From Nitrospirales bacterium (lineage in GTDB: Bacteria > Nitrospirota > Nitrospiria > Nitrospirales > UBA8639), in the NCBI GenBank assembly GCA_965203295.1, contig CBDBCZ010000016.1:416001-480000 (forward strand): a DNA stretch of 64,000 nt, written 5' to 3'. Both the position numbers and the translations under genes were made by a program. The notes under the pieces are model-generated. The model saw nothing but the letters and a program-made list of their open reading frames with translations. It made no database searches and had not been told where the DNA came from. Positions 26,420-41,088 of this stretch are shown piece by piece; the stretch's first letter is position 1; each line of letters begins with the position of its first letter.

Positions 26420-29072
26420 ATCATGGAGTACGGTAGTACTCCATATGTAGGGATGGCACGGAAAAAATGGCGGCCCCATATAACGCGTACAAAACCATAC
26501 GTTCAGAACTCGGCTTTGATTATAGTCATAGGCTTTTATGAGCCGTATTATGACATCTCGAGTGTTTTTATCAGCAACAGGACTGTTGGCGTTGCTAGAA
26601 ACCTTCGCTGGAGTACCAGTCTGGCAAGTTGACACGCTGGGGGGGCGTGGCGTAATGGTACATCTTCTTTCTGGTTTCTTCTTTCTTCAGCCAGGCTAGC
26701 ACGATAATGGCTGAAGCGATCACAATGATTCAAGCGCGAACAAGCCGGATATTCCCCGGGGTATTGCACTCGTAGTATAGCTTATTCAAAAAAATCGAAT
26801 GGGTTCAGCAGTGATTTACGAGTACTCTTGAGTGGACGCTTGCAGGTTCCACGCCATTTAATGACTAGCTACTGTTCCGTTCCGTTCCGGGTTGTAGTTA
26901 CCGCCCCATTTAATTATGCGCAGACTTCACGTGTTCGTCTATTTAACGCCTACCTTTGCTCGTGCCAGCTGTCCGGGCCTGAGCTGCATCTTCTGGGCAT
27001 ATGTCACACAAAAGTTTTAGCTATAATACACTTACTCACAAGGCTAATTATATTATGTTGGTTGGCCCTAGTCCAAGCGGCTTCTGGCCAGAGGTACTGT
27101 TTAAGAGTTGTAAGTTGTCCGGACACGCAACAAATTTGCCTTGTTCTCTGGGCCTTTTGCCTTTGTTATGTATCATGAGCTACTTTTGTTCACTTGCTAT
27201 GAATACTAGCACAGGCAGAAAAGCCTTGGAAAGGAGGTTTATTGCATCCGGACAACCCCTACCGTCCGGAGGCCCCCTCGCTTACTCTATTGGAGGGGGC
27301 ATGCAGTCAGCTATTCGTCTTTGTGACACTAGGAAATGCAATACATGTCTTTGTCCTCGGAGATAATTCATATCATAGAGTACGGCACTATAGCTACTCC
27401 ATAATAAATGCTAGGGCAGCTTCCCATGCTAGCTGTAGTGCCGACCTTGACAAAAAAAGGGCAACCTCACATGCCAGTTACATAGCTGACCCTGACAGAG
27501 ACCTTTCCCCCCATGCACATGCAGACGAAGGCCTTCTTGGTGCTGACTGGGGTACAAATCGAAACCTATACTACATGCATCATCCTCAAGCACATTCCAT
27601 CCCAACACTATCCGTACACCATACACATTTACACCTACACATTTGTTACCACCTCCCAAAAAAAACACCCCAAAACAAGTTACAGAAAAAGCACTTTGCC
27701 AAAAAGTGCAAAAACAAGTTATGTAGGGATGCACTTCCACCAAAAAACACTTCCCAAAAAAACAAGTCTGACATTTCATGTCTAAAAAACCAGCCGGACA
27801 CCTTTCCCGTACAATACACACAACTCAGCTTAGGCCAAGCTATTAAACTACAGCTGTAGAGCCAGAGCGAAAGTGCTGACTCAGCAGTTTCGTCATGCGC
27901 CTCCAGTTAGTAGCTATACGTCACCAAAACAGGATCTTTACGGCTACCTACCACGTTTTCGCCATCTAGGCAACACAAAACTACCTTCATTTGCTGTACC
28001 TTGGCCTGCAAATCTCCAAAAGCTGCTATATACTGCAGTTGCATAGTAACGTATGACGTAATATATTGCGCACGTGATAAGTGCGGACGCACAAACAAAC
28101 AGACAGACAAACAAACAAACAGACGCGGAAAACGTAAAGCAATCTTAGTACCAGCCGTTCGCGCGCTCCGGCTGGTAACAATGAAACAAGCGACAGTGCA
28201 CACCACAATGCATGCACAGACTACCCACACATCACAGTGCAATGCATTTACCGCGTAGCTACCATCCCTACATCTTTCCAACCACACCCACCACAATCTG
28301 TACCACGCCCCCATACTCAACAGCACACCAAATATTTCCTTTAACACACACAACCATCCACAATCATCATCAACCATGACACCTTGTCTCCATCCAACAA
28401 CCACCCTTACTTTCGACTTTACAAAACATATCACCCTACACTATACAACCAACCCAAACCTTCACAGGAACACTCCCATCAAAATACACTTCGCTCCACC
28501 ATTCACAACCACAATTGAGCAGAGCAATTCCTCACAACACCACACTGCCACCTACACACACAACAAACACAACCCACATCAACCACGTACCATACAACTC
28601 GCTCAACGAAGTTTCTACACTTTACCAAACTCACCCACATAGACCTCCCCTACAAAGAACCTGCACACACAAGTATCTCACAACACACTCACAAACTTCA
28701 TAACACTCCACCAGGCATAACCAAACACTCCCCAAGTCCCTATACAAACACCATATTTATGACTCCACCCTCAATGACTCACTAGTTCACATTCTACAGT
28801 TTCAGCTACCTTCCACAACCACCACGTGCTCAGTCATTAGCAATACACACACACCAAATTACACTACCACTCTTCACATCTCACATATATGTATACATGG
28901 TTGTGGTGGGTGTGGTTGGAAAGATGTAGGGATGGTAGCTACGCGGTAAATGCATTGCACTGTGATGTGTGGGTAGTCTGTGCATGCATTGTGGTGTGCA
29001 CTGTCGCTTGTTTCATTGTTTTCTGGTGGAAGTGCATCCCTACATAACTTGTTTTTGCACTTTTTGGCAAAG
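26420..29072 (+). mobile_element. 'TGTAGGGATG' repeat family, longest copy, with nested HINE, C/A-rich tract and terminal inverted duplication
   Basis: Colinear with 6432-7876. 28180-28292 plus 27692-27745 recur inverted at 28900-29072. Confidence 0.6.
27762..28178 (-). mobile_element. Helentron-associated (HINE-like) element
   Basis: On the minus strand: 5' ACCAGCCGG...GGCTGGT palindrome, (GTTT/GTCT)n, 3' subTIR CCGGCTGGT and hairpin GACATGAAATGTC. Empty site in the paralog at ~7810. Its 3' end recurs at ~62671-62760. Confidence 0.7.
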
Positions 29073-29248
29073 TTACATATAGGCCTGCCCTGGCTTATAT
29101 ACCAGTACCTGCTCAAAAAACTTGTGGGTTTTCTGCTCAAATTGTTGCAATTAGGACACATGAATACCATTACAGCTGTAGGTCGCCGTTCTCACCCAAC
29201 ATGGACCTATAGGGGAGATTGTTTATGCTATCATGGTATTGTATGGAT

Positions 29249-29995
29249 CTGTCACCGGAATTTTGGTTCTGGAAAAATTGTTAGAACCAAAATTTCCACT
29301 GAAAGAATTGGTCCCCCGGACCATTTCTTCCAGCGAAATTGGTCCTAATCCTGAAAATTTTGGTCCCCCATCAAGTTTCCAGCAGAGCTGGTCTTAACTT
29401 GAAAATTTGCCTCCCCCCCTTGATGCATGTAAGCTTACATGTATGGCATAGTTATTATCAGCCTTTAGTTAGCCATTAGGACGTTTAATACAAAGGTATG
29501 AGACAGGCATCGATATCCGACAAACTGATGTAGTAGCTACACCGGGACTTTATCTACTGACTGTAAAGTCGATTCTGTGGCCTGTCTCAGCTTGCATGCT
29601 GTATGGAATCATTGACAGCTTCCTCCTTTCGAAGCAGTTCCACGGGTGGTGATGCATTTTCTCTTGGTCGAAGTGGTACTGACCTGGGAGCTATATACAT
29701 ACAATGTACAGATCTAGTTACATGTACACGCTCACGCGCACGGTACAATGAGGCTATTGATCATGACGGTAGGCGTAGGCTATGAAAATAAACAAGCCAT
29801 CCACTTTAGCGTAGTAGTCCACTCTATGAAGTGCGTAAGACAATAGCAGGCGGAATTCGCTTCTGGCGCAGGTTGGACCATTATTTTCACGGGGTAGCAA
29901 AATTTTCAGAAAAAAAATGTTCCGCCCAGACTGATATTACGAAAATTTTGGTCCCCCGGACCAATTTTTCCGCTGGACCAAAATTTCCGTGACAG
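29249..29995. mobile_element. Non-autonomous TIR element, CTGTCAC...GTGACAG, 2-bp TSD (AT); EnSpm/CACTA-like
   Basis: ggAT|CTGTCACCGGAATTTTGG ... CCAAAATTTCCGTGACAG|AT, with subterminal GGTCC/GGACC repeats. Confidence 0.75.
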
Positions 29996-30689
29996 ATTCT
30001 CTATGGAGTTAAAGCAGTTTTGGCCAAGCTCCAATATCAATGCACTTGTTAAGCGTAAAAAATCAAGTCAACCCATTCAACCCCTGGGTCGCTGCAGTGC
30101 TGCTGGCCTTAAACTATCTACATGTAGCAGTGTGCAAAAGCAGGGCTACGTATCAACTGGATTCGATCCACGGACAGTAAGATGCTTCCCTTCAAGGACT
30201 GTACCAGCCATCTCACAACAATCCACAGACTTTACAATGAGCTATGATTACCAGCTAGTCTAGCTCCTGTCGTTTCTGCCACTCCTCTGCATGACACCTC
30301 AGAATCACTCCAGCTTCCAGAGACTGCTGAACAGCAAGTCACTTTGGCGCATGATAATGCCTTGTTGAGGTTTAGTCAGTACACCAAGCCATACACGTTT
30401 ATGTGAGCCACGAGACTAGCCTACCACTATATACATGTACCTACTATATATTTCCACAAAGGAACAAGTTACTCTGAAAAGACCTGAAAAGAAAATAGTC
30501 GAGTCTTAATTCTAACAGTGGCTGTCACCACCCGCTTACTGCTACTCGTGGGGGGAGTGGAACAAATGCCTTCACAGACTATGCACACATTAGAGCGTAA
30601 TGCGTTACAGAGTTGCTTCAAATGACAGCGTACTACGCTTACGGAGACCATACAGTTGTGTGTAAAGTGCTTATTCTGTAGCTTATTTT

Positions 30690-31235
30690 GGGTGTTTTCC
30701 TAGGGAGGGGGGCATGAAAGGGTATGGAGTTTTCGATGTCATTATGTGTGGTGTACGTAGCTGCCTGCCCCCTCCAGTACCATATACAGGGTACTTACAG
30801 ACGGGTGACTGGGTGAGTCTCTTCCTTATGACACTGGTAAGAGTCTGGATACACAAGAATATGGTTAGCCGTTTGGACTTGTGCCTATCAAATACAATAT
30901 CAGCCACGTGCAATCTGTACATGCGTAATCCGAGTACTTGTGAATCATTGCTGAACAAGTTTGATTTCTTTGAGAACGCTATGCTACGAGTGCAATACAC
31001 CAGAGAATATCCAGCTTGTTCGCGCTTGAAACATTGTGATCGCTTCAGCCATTATTGTGCTAGGCTAGCTAAAGCAGAATTAGAAGATAGACAATTTGGC
31101 CATTTTAGAGACAATGCTCGAGAATGACTGGTAGGGCTCATAGTAGCCTACAGCAGAGTTTTAAAAGTGTCATTTTGTACACATTTAATAGAGACGCCAT
31201 TTTCTTCCCGAGGCCATCCCTACATATGGAGTAGT
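30690..31235 (-). mobile_element. 'TGTAGGGATG' repeat family, inverted copy
   Basis: ccatccctacatatggagta at ~31214 and a reverse-complement body. Confidence 0.6.
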
Positions 31236-31721
31236 ACTCAGAAGTGGTTGGAAGGATTAACGTGTACCACACACAGTGACGTGTACATTAATAAAATGCA
31301 CAATGTCACGTATAGCTACATGCATTCCATTACATGAGGAGACTGTGAAAGATATGCAGAGTTATACGGGTATCAGGCCTACAGAAGGTTTTGTAGCTCT
31401 ACAAACTTCGAGGGGACGGGTGGGGACACCCCCTCAAAAACCTTGGGTTGCAAGTACGCAGCTGTGTTGCAGAAAATTAGGCTTGAATCCAGATTTTCAG
31501 TGAGCTTGCATAATATTTTGTAAGCTACAGTAAGGGTAGCGGTTTTACCACTCAGATTCTACTATTTTTTGTTCTACTTTGAAAACTGCTAAACTAACAC
31601 AAGATCACTCGCAGAGCGGTTATTATTGCTCCTCTCTGCCGGAGACGTTTTCTTTACATCATCAGACAGCATAGCTAATTGCACTATAGTGCATGTGATT
31701 GCTCCTCTCCAGTGCTACTGT

Positions 31722-32138
31722 TAGGCTTGAGATAATTATGCTCCAAATCTTTGCAATTATTCTATTCTCCAATTCTTTGATTTTATTGCTATTATTCTCC
31801 CAGTTTTTTGCTACTATTCTCATATTATTCTCAATTTATACCTGTTACTATACTGTAATATAAGTGAGCATTCTAGGAAAGACAACTAGACATTGACATG
31901 TCAACACTAATACACCAGCCACTCGATCAGACGTGATTGATACTGTCATAGAGTGCTAGCTAGGCACTCAACCAAAGAAAAAACTCGATCTATTGAGTGC
32001 CCAGTCCTCATGCATTGTCGCCCTGAGGGCACATGCAACCAAAAAATGCTGAGGCTTTCTACTATTCTAGAATTATTCTTTATGCTAATGTCTTGCTATT
32101 ATTCTAAAAATTATTCCAGCATAATTATCTCAAGCCTA
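31722..32138. mobile_element. hAT-like MITE, 8-bp TSD GCTACTGT
   Basis: TIR TAGGCTTGAGATAATTATGCT / AGCATAATTATCTCAAGCCTA. TSD at 31714-31721 and 32139-32146. Confidence 0.85.
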
Positions 32139-33488
32139 GCTACTGTCCTCCATTGTAGTGTCTGCAATGTCTCTTTGCAATGGCTTCTTAAGAAGTCTCC
32201 AAAAATTTCACTATTACTACTACATCAGCTCCAGTCTGGCACAGTGCCAGTGTGCCTGTCCCAGTTTATATAGCAGCACTTGCTCAAACCACTTGTGGGT
32301 TTCTTTGTCCATCCAATTATGATTATGAACATGAATATCATTAAAACCCTGGAGAGACACTAGCAAACAAGCTAGCGACTCTTTACTGCCCTGACTAGAG
32401 TCATCTACCAGCGGTTATCACTGACTGCATACTGTTTACCTATGAATGAGGGAATATGAGACCAGTACGTACTGCCCCATGACATCATTAGAATATGCAA
32501 ACGGCATTTCCACATTGCTATACTGAGGTGTTCTTTGTACTATGGACTGTTGTAGCCTTGTTCCCAGGCCTTCCCCACACAAACAAACGAAGTGTGAATG
32601 CTCTTAGTAAACAGGAACAGCCTGAAAACCATTATCTCCGACTTGTACAGTGAGAACTATCATAGTGGCATACATCAATGCATATTCTGTCCCCTGTCCG
32701 TATGGTGCCTACACCTTGTACCCTGGCCTCGGGGGGCAATGCACGTGTTCAAAATAGCATTTTGTAAGGGAGCATTTGTGATTGATTGATGTGTGGTCTT
32801 CACAACAAGAGCACTTTAACACGCTTGCTGGCGGTGAAACACTTTGACATTTGAGGACACCATGGACCTTGCTCAAAGCATGAAAGCCGCAAATAGGAAC
32901 ACTATAAGGCATGCAAGAAACTAAAACAGCAGCATTAGTGTCGGGCAGTAATCCAATAACCATCGTCTTCATATCATGATACTGGATAGGTCCAAGTATT
33001 GAAGGTCATGAACCTTTAGTCTTAAACTGAGTGTTCGGGCAATGAGACAGGGCTGTACGACTGAGCCGTTGGCACACATTGAGGGAGGCAGAACAGAAAT
33101 ATTCTTTTAAGTGTGTAATGCTGTTTAGTGGACTACTTGTGTTTTATTCACAGCAGAAACAGATTTAGTTAACCACCTAAAATTAGAACTTCAAGGGTGG
33201 GAATAAACTACAATTATTTTCCACTAAAATTAACCGATTTAGTTAACATATGCAAGTGTTTTAGTAACCCTGTTTCCTTTTTAGTTGGTTAACTGAATCT
33301 AAAAGCAAACTTTTGTTCTTCATTAAACTAATTATGTGCAGCCATACTAAACAACACTAGTAACACTAATTTCTAAGAGGAATTAACAGTGAAGTACGTA
33401 CCAACATCATGATGGTGCTCCACTGAGTCCACGTCGTATGAATTCACAGTTCTTCTTTGAGAGCCCAATAGTGTCTGTGGTAAGGTTC

Positions 33489-33547
<59 letters not shown>

Positions 33548-34627
33548 TATGCCACCACCTACGCGATCGCCATGTATCATAACAACTCCCCCAGCCTATT
33601 CGTAAATGTGGATGTTTGAGTTAGGAAGGTTTTGAGTCTCGTGCCCAAGAGTTTGACTACTCTATCTGTTCTGGCGGCCCTAGTTCGGAGTGAGCAATAG
33701 TTTAGTTACAACCTACCCAAAAACTGTAACATCGTAGACTGTAAAAACATTCTTTTGCCAACAATTCTGAAATCTCATTGGATCCACCTGGAATGTGAGT
33801 GGGTGAAACAAGTGCTAGAGCTTGGGTAGCCTTGTACCGAGGCGCACTATCGTTGGGAGAACAGTAGATACCAGGCACACTGCTCCTGACAATAATACAC
33901 CTGGGTACGAGGCTAGGCATAAGGCTAGAACTTGGGTCACCTAACTGTTTCAGTGGGGGAGGAAAAGCTAAGGTCTGGGCACAAGACTAATTTCAGCTGG
34001 TGGTAGAGTTATGGATAATTAGAACATACAGTACAGCTGAGAAGATGAGAATAGCTACCCACTCATCATTCTGTGTCTGTTCTGGTTTGGACGATATGGT
34101 ATAATTTTAAGCCTGGTAGTTCGACCACAAGCAGATGTGCCTTTCTTGATAACCACAACTACGTACATTTGATCAGACGGCCAAAAATACCAGCAAAACC
34201 AGTCTGCACTACTGCATGATGTGCATCGCCTCGTCCCCAGGCTCTCTCCTCTAAAACATCATAAGAAGAGCTCGGTATCTTTTCTTACAAAAAATTTCAT
34301 CTCACTATGCAAGTTTTTTTTTTCTCTCCAGCTGTTCTTTGTAGAAATGTTAAGCTACCACACATATTCTACAACATAGAACTTAATTGTGGCAATCACA
34401 AACATTGTCAATAGCGAACTAAACTTAGTGGTCTTAAGACTCTCCGGGCAGCTAACCTACGTCCTATTCCTGCGTGCCGCCATACCCCCTAAGAGATCCT
34501 AATTGGGGTGAGCCCCACACTAGTTGTATGCATTCTGCCCTTTGTGTGTAATTACGTCTTGCCCACCTTCCCGCTTGGGGAAATGCATGTGTTCAGAATG
34601 GCAGTTTTATGAATACCATTGTGGCGC

Positions 34628-35177
34628 CAGGAGTGCATCGAGCCGGTGAAGCCGGTGAGGGAACATGCAACTAGTACAGATGGCAAAATTCAAACAGGGC
34701 ATCTGGATGCTAATTATTTTAGTAACCACCAAATATGGAATATATACACACGTGGGTATGTAAGACGGTGAGCGGCAGCTTTGCAGGGCGACTACAGAGA
34801 GCGTTGGATGGTGATACAGCTAACGCCGGCACGAGCACAACGACATTGATGTGAAGGTTAGTTGTAAGCCGTTGTAACAGTCATTGAGCGTGGGTATGGT
34901 TGGACTCACTTGTTGGAAGATTGGACCGTCTCCCATATGCTTTCGCTTTGGAGAACTAGTCATCTCGCTTGAATGTAGCTATGCCGACACACCGCTTCAC
35001 TTTTATCCACTTCGTGGCTTTCTCACTCTTAATGCTGTTACATTTTCCTGCTGTTGTGTCATAAAAATCCATATACGGATACTAGAATATGACTGCCATG
35101 TTTGAATTTCATCGTCTATGTAATGCACGTGTAGTTGCATGCTCCCTCGCTGGGTTCACCGGCTCGATGCGCTCCTG
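34628..35177. mobile_element. MITE with 7-bp TSD GTGGCGC (P-element-like)
   Basis: TIR CAGGAGTGCATCGAGCCGGTGAA / TTCACCGGCTCGATGCGCTCCTG. TSD at 34621-34627 and 35178-35184. Confidence 0.8.
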
Positions 35178-36223
35178 GTGGCGCACACAGAGTCAAAGAT
35201 CAATCACGTACTCATAACAAGGGTACTAAAGCTCCCAGGTTAGCAGGCTTTGTGCGACCTCCGTATGCACGAGAGCTGTAGACAAACGGCACCATCGACG
35301 AGTAATAGCCCCAGCAGCACAGTCTGCCTCTACCCTCCTGTGGTAACCATGGCAGCAGTGAACTGGCTCGTGAAGCCACACTTACGCAGTGTCCCCTCAT
35401 CCACACACACAGCAAGTCAGCTGTGTTACTGAGGTGGAAAGTCCAACCATGCCACCTCCAACTGTCCTTTTATTGCTGCTACTGGTCAAACAAGCGTTTG
35501 GCGGGGCCTAAACGTACTCCGGATGTACACCACGTAAAATAATTGCATTCCATAAATACTTCTGCGTACAACGAAAAGGTCTATTTCAATACCAAAGACG
35601 CTGTCTACTGACAGGCTATCATTGACAAGCAACCACTGGTCTCACACTGCCAGGACAGCAAGGACTACACTTCCTAAATTGTTGTACAGCAGGCTTCTGA
35701 ACAGTTCGAAGCCCCCCAAAAATTTCACATAGTAACTGTGAGATAATGATAGGCAGACTCAATATGCACTGCCCTAGTTTATATAGCACCCCTTGCTCAA
35801 GACACTTGTGGGTTTCCATGTCAGTCAGAGTGACAGGCAATTAGGGCACATGAATATAATCACAACTGCAGGAGAAAAATAGTCACCTTATGGTAAGTGG
35901 TAGTATAATTTATAGGCAAGTCTTGTATATAGCATGTTACAATTATTAATAACCGCTCCCAGTTGCCACCCAAGTTGCGTGTGATGTAGCTTCCACAGAA
36001 GACTCCAAAAATTCAAACAGCAGTGTAAGTAAGTACCCTTACAGTATGTATAGATAGGTCTGTACAGGCCTGCCCTGGCCTATACTGTAACACCAGTACC
36101 TTCTCAAAACACTTGGTGGGTTTTTCTGCTTAAATTATTGTAATTAGGACACATGAATACCATTACAGCTGTAAGTTGGCATTTTCACCCAACATGGAAC
36201 TATAGGGCAGAGGAGGTTGGGCA

Positions 36224-36827
36224 TAGCCTCGTACCCAGGCCTTCCCTCACAGCTTTTTTCGCAGCCGTGGCAAAAAGCGTGGTTAAGGCCTGGAAGTAAA
36301 CGTCACGTGATGCGTGCCATCGCTTACGTCAGATGCAGTGTGTGGGATTGAAGTGACATCACAGAAGTACACGCGACGATTTATATCGACCTCAAGTATA
36401 TTTTTCGTCAAAAGAACAACAGAAAAGCGAAGCTGCAGACTATACTACACTCACTTGAGAGCGATATCCACAGACAGTAACGTCCAATCTGCAGCTGGCT
36501 TGGCACAACAGTCCTTGGCGCTTAGTCACACGCAGACCGACTCGAACAGCGTAAACAGCGGCTGACGCTCGTGATTCGTGGGATTCTCAACTATTATGAC
36601 CCGTCCGGCTCACCAACTTTACCGTAACGAGTAACTCCAGAACACAGTGTTGCTAGAGTCTCGAGAGAGCGCCACGTGAAACACGTCACGAGTGTAAATG
36701 AACCCGTGAACCCTTGTAGTGACGAAAGCGAAGGTACACATCACGTGACGTTTACTTCCAGGCCTTAACCACGCTTTTTGCCACAGCTGCGAAAAAAGCT
36801 GTGAGGGAAGGCCTGGGTACGAGGCTA
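36224..36827. mobile_element. MITE with ~87-bp TIR starting TAGCCTCGTACCCAGG, 9-bp TSD GGTTGGGCA (Academ/Mutator-like)
   Basis: Near-perfect TIR and TSD on both sides. Empty site gaggaggttggacacacattcc at ~7945. Confidence 0.9.
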
Positions 36828-37045
36828 GGTTGGGCACACATTCCTTAATGTGCGCAGTCACGTGCCCTTTGCTGCACTTATATAATTACATTCCACAATG
36901 CATTCCATTCCAGCATGCAATCAGCTCACTGAGAAGCTAACAAGTACAGATTAATGCTAGGTAGGCATCAACAAAGAGGTTCATGTAGCAAGCACCAAAA
37001 AGACTTACTGTTCAGCAATTCGAGCAATTCTGTGCAATTCCGAAG

Positions 37046-37099
37046 TAGCCTCGTACCCAGGCCTTCCCTCACAGCAGGGAAGGCCTGGGTGCGAGGCTA
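37046..37099. mobile_element. 54-bp mini-MITE of the same family
   Basis: TAGCCTCGTACCCAGGCCTTCCCT...AGGGAAGGCCTGGGTGCGAGGCTA. TSD attccgaag/attccgagg. Confidence 0.8.
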
Positions 37100-39204
37100 A
37101 TTCCGAGGTGCCATAGGTGTGACAGAAACACTGACTCAAACCACAGGTAAGCATAGCTCGTTATAAAGCTTAACTGGACTGTAGATGGTTGGAACGGATC
37201 ACACCCTGTTCAGTAATTAGGGCACATGAGTACAGCTACAACCGACACTAATTAGGTACGCACATCAAGCCATACACGTTTATGTGAGCCACGAGACTAG
37301 CCTACCACTAGCTACTATACATTTCCCATAATAGCACAGGAACGAGTTACAAACTGTTTAGTCTGAAAAGACCTGACAAGAAACGAGCCAAGTCTTCTAC
37401 CAGTGGCTGTCACCACCCGCTTACTGCTACTCGTGGTTGAGACTGCTACTCAGAAACAGAACCAAGAGACCTTGATCAATATGCCCCACCCCCATGACAT
37501 CATTGGTATTTACAGCAACCAGCTCTTGCGTCTTTTCCCCACTGACCACTGCTACTAACACTGCCACCTTGCTTGCACTCAACAACTGCTACCTGGCTAG
37601 GAATTGAACAGCTCCATGACATACAGTAAATGGAGTCAGTGTCATTCGCCTACATGTACGGTAGGCTATGGCTGTGAAGAGCTTGGCACAGTCCTTGCAT
37701 GCCTACGTTGTTTTCCTGCATGTGCGATAAGTTATGGCTGTGAAGAACTAGGCTGCAGTTCTAGCGTGCCTGAATTGTTTTGCAGTTGTCTGCAGTCTCC
37801 GCCTCCATGTGGCTCAGGCCGGGATCTGTCAGCAGTACTACTGCCACTGGCAGATGCATATCACATGTAGATGGCACCTTTCTATCTATACAGAGCGAGT
37901 TCAAAGAGCACAAGTAGTTGCGTGAGTGAAGCGAGCACACCTGCTTGTAATTGTAAAACCTGCTTGCAATTAATGGCATGTAAAACCATACCAGACTCTC
38001 CCATTCTAGTCTCGTGCCCACACCTTGGCTCCTCCCTCCGGAAACCGTGTGGCGACCCAAGTTTCAGGTAGGCATGGTCATTTGGAAATCGTCCAGGGGT
38101 GGATAAGGGGGTAATGATAAATACTAGGACAGAATTCTCAAGGGGAGGGGGAGTTGAGCAAATGCCCTGCACAAGTCTCTCTGATCACCTGTCACAGGAC
38201 AGCCCTTGCTTGCTATTTAAGTTTCTGTTCTACATGTACTACAGTGGAACCCCTCTACTGTGGACACCTGGTAAACTAGAGAGATGTCCTCATTTCAGGG
38301 GTAAGTAAATCATTGGACCTTGAGAAGGGTCAAAGGTGTCCTTATTTCAGGGGAGTCCTTAAAGAGGGGTTCCACCGTATAGCCATGGCTACCAGAAAAA
38401 TTCACAGTGGTCACATTGAGACATTAGCATGCACTGTAGCAAGGTCCTAGCATTCCACACACTCCCAGTGCTAAAAGTCCTCGTGTTCAAACACTGAGTG
38501 ATAAAGCTGAAGCTCCCTCTTCCCAGGAAATCAGCCATGTTATTAGCAAGTCAGCTGCTGTAGCTATAGGATCGCTATCTGCAGAGTAACAGCCAGCCAT
38601 GCAGAGAGGATGGGTGTGTTGATGCTGCAATCCGAGGTGAGCGACTGGAGAAGGCTCTGACACTCACACCAGGGCTTCTAGTATCATGGGAGTTTACCCA
38701 ATTCAGTGTGACCTGTGAACCATTAATGTTCCATCCTACCACAGCCGCAATGGCTTCCAGAGAAGCCTCCAAACATTTCTTACAATAAAGTACTCCACAG
38801 TCACCGTCCAAAACTTCCATCAGTCCATCAGCTGAGGTGTCCCAGCTTATATAGCAGCACTTGCTCAAAACACTGGTGGGTTTCCTTGTTCATGTAATTA
38901 TGGAACATGAATATCATTACACTACCACCACTATCCTGACCACATATGATGCTATACTGAGGTGTTCTTTGCACTATGGACTGTTGTGCCTTGTTCTCAG
39001 ACCTTCCCCACACAAACGAACGAAATGTGGATGCTCTTAGTAAGCAGGAACAGCCCGAAAACCATTATCTCTGACTTGTACAGTGAGAACTGTCACTGAC
39101 TGCAGCTAGCTCAGCTAACACATGGCTCACACTGCTCAGGCACGTTATATTGCTATGACGATCACTCAACTACGATGTTACCATGTCAATGCCTAGTGAT
39201 ACGG

Positions 39205-39292
39205 TTAGCTAAGGATAGAGTTCGGGTAAGGATAGGGGTAGGGGTTAGGGTTAGGGTTAGGGTTAGGATTAGGGTTAGGGATGGATAGGGTT
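39205..39292 (+). repeat. Interstitial (TTAGGG)n tract
   Basis: ggttagggttagggttagggttaggattagggttaggg. Confidence 0.85.
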
Positions 39293-41032
39293 AAAGCAGG
39301 AGGTTTAAAATTATGCTCAGCAGTCCTCCCTATAAAGCTCACTTCCTGCCTCCTCAAACTGTCATTTCACCTGTCGAAGGTGTGGCAGACAAGGGCATAT
39401 TCCATCGTGTGAAGATTATCTCTCTGGCAGTTCATGCACTATCAGACCCTGGCTATTGGACTTTTGAATAATTCGAAGCCCACCAAAAATTTACACAAGA
39501 GTTGTGAAAGCCTGTTATTGTGTTCACTAAGTTATAATATACATTCACTTGCTCAAACACTTGTGGTCATACAAACTGAGTGCAATTAGGACACATGAAT
39601 ACCAATAATGCAGAGTCTGGGGCATGGATGGCTGGGTATGAGACCATGCTCTAGTTTATCATTATGAGTTAGCAATTACATAATCTTCTCAGTTACCATT
39701 TTGTAAGGAAAAGCTGTAATATGCAGATACAAAGATCTCCAGTCTCGTGCCCAGACCTCTGCTTGCCCACACACCAAACAGTCATGTATGGCATCAAATT
39801 TAATGACCCCACTGCTGGAGCATACATGAGTCCTTCAATGAAACTACTCCAGGTTTGCACTACTGCATGATGTACACTGCCTCGTCCCCAGACATTTATT
39901 CCAATCCTAAAGTCAGTAGCACTAATGGATTCCGAGATTAGCTACCAGAAGGGTAGATTCACGACCTTCCCTTGACGTCCAAGAACTACATGTACAACTG
40001 TATGTGCGCATCCACACACAATTATCTACCACCTTTGAAGTCACCAAAAGCAGAAAATACAGTTCTCCCAAGATTACTGGGAATTTGCAAACTAGCGGGT
40101 ACTCCAGCGTAACATCCCTCCATTAATGAATCACTGTCTGCTGCACTAGTAGAGTTAGAGAATGGGATGCTGAAACTGTGATATCCGTGATGTAATCGAC
40201 CAATCACATTGCCAGTCCAGAATCCAGAACTGGGACCACTGACGTAGCACTACCCCAACGTCAAGTTTTCAGGGACCAGACCCACCGTTCCAATGTAGGG
40301 CTAACCCAGCACAGGTCTACTTGTAATAGGCACGATCCCTTAGAAGCCCTCCAAAAATTCTTTATTCAACAAAGAAACGCAAAATTTTTGTCAATTCGAG
40401 GTAGTCTATCATGTTCTCAACAAAGCCATCCATTTGAACCATTTGAATTGAAGATTCCAGGTGAGGCTGCTTTCTACCTTAAAGGTTGTGATAATCAATT
40501 ATTGAAGGACAAGAACCTCTAGTCTGAAACTGGGAGGTTAGGGTGAAGAGACAGGGCTGGGGGGGGGGGGGGGGGGGGGGGTATGTGGGGGGGGGGGTAT
40601 GTAGTTTCCAAGCCTTGACAGCTATATAGAGTTTATAGCAATTGATACATGAGAGCATGTCACATTTTGACCCAAAGACCTACATACCCTGGGAGCTCAT
40701 TGTGCCTGCAGGGGTTAATCTTTCACGATGATACCGAAATGCCAGCATACTAGTCACTGCAATGATCGAACAGAATCATTACTGCCCAACTCTACAGCAG
40801 CAGTGAACTGGCTTATAAAGCCACACTTACGCAGTGTCCCCTCATCCACACACACAGCAAGTCAGCCGCGTTACTGACGTGGAAAGTACAACCATGTCAC
40901 CTCCAACTGTCCTGATATTTACAAGCAGTTAACTATCAAAGACACCCTCTACTGGTTGGCAATCAAGTTACGAACAACCACTGGCCTCAAATATCAGAGA
41001 TTATGATTTTTGGATAGCATTTCTAAAGCAAG

Positions 41033-41088
41033 TAGTCTCGTGCCCAGACCTTTCGCCAGAATGGTGTGGGTGTCTGGGCACGAGACTA
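41033..41088. mobile_element. 56-bp mini-MITE TAGTCTCGTGCCCAGAC...GTCTGGGCACGAGACTA
   Basis: 17-bp TIR. TSD taaagcaag/aaaagcaag. Confidence 0.8.

Noticed and set aside
39205..39292. True chromosome end
   Set aside because: Short, degenerate and flanked by complex sequence on both sides.
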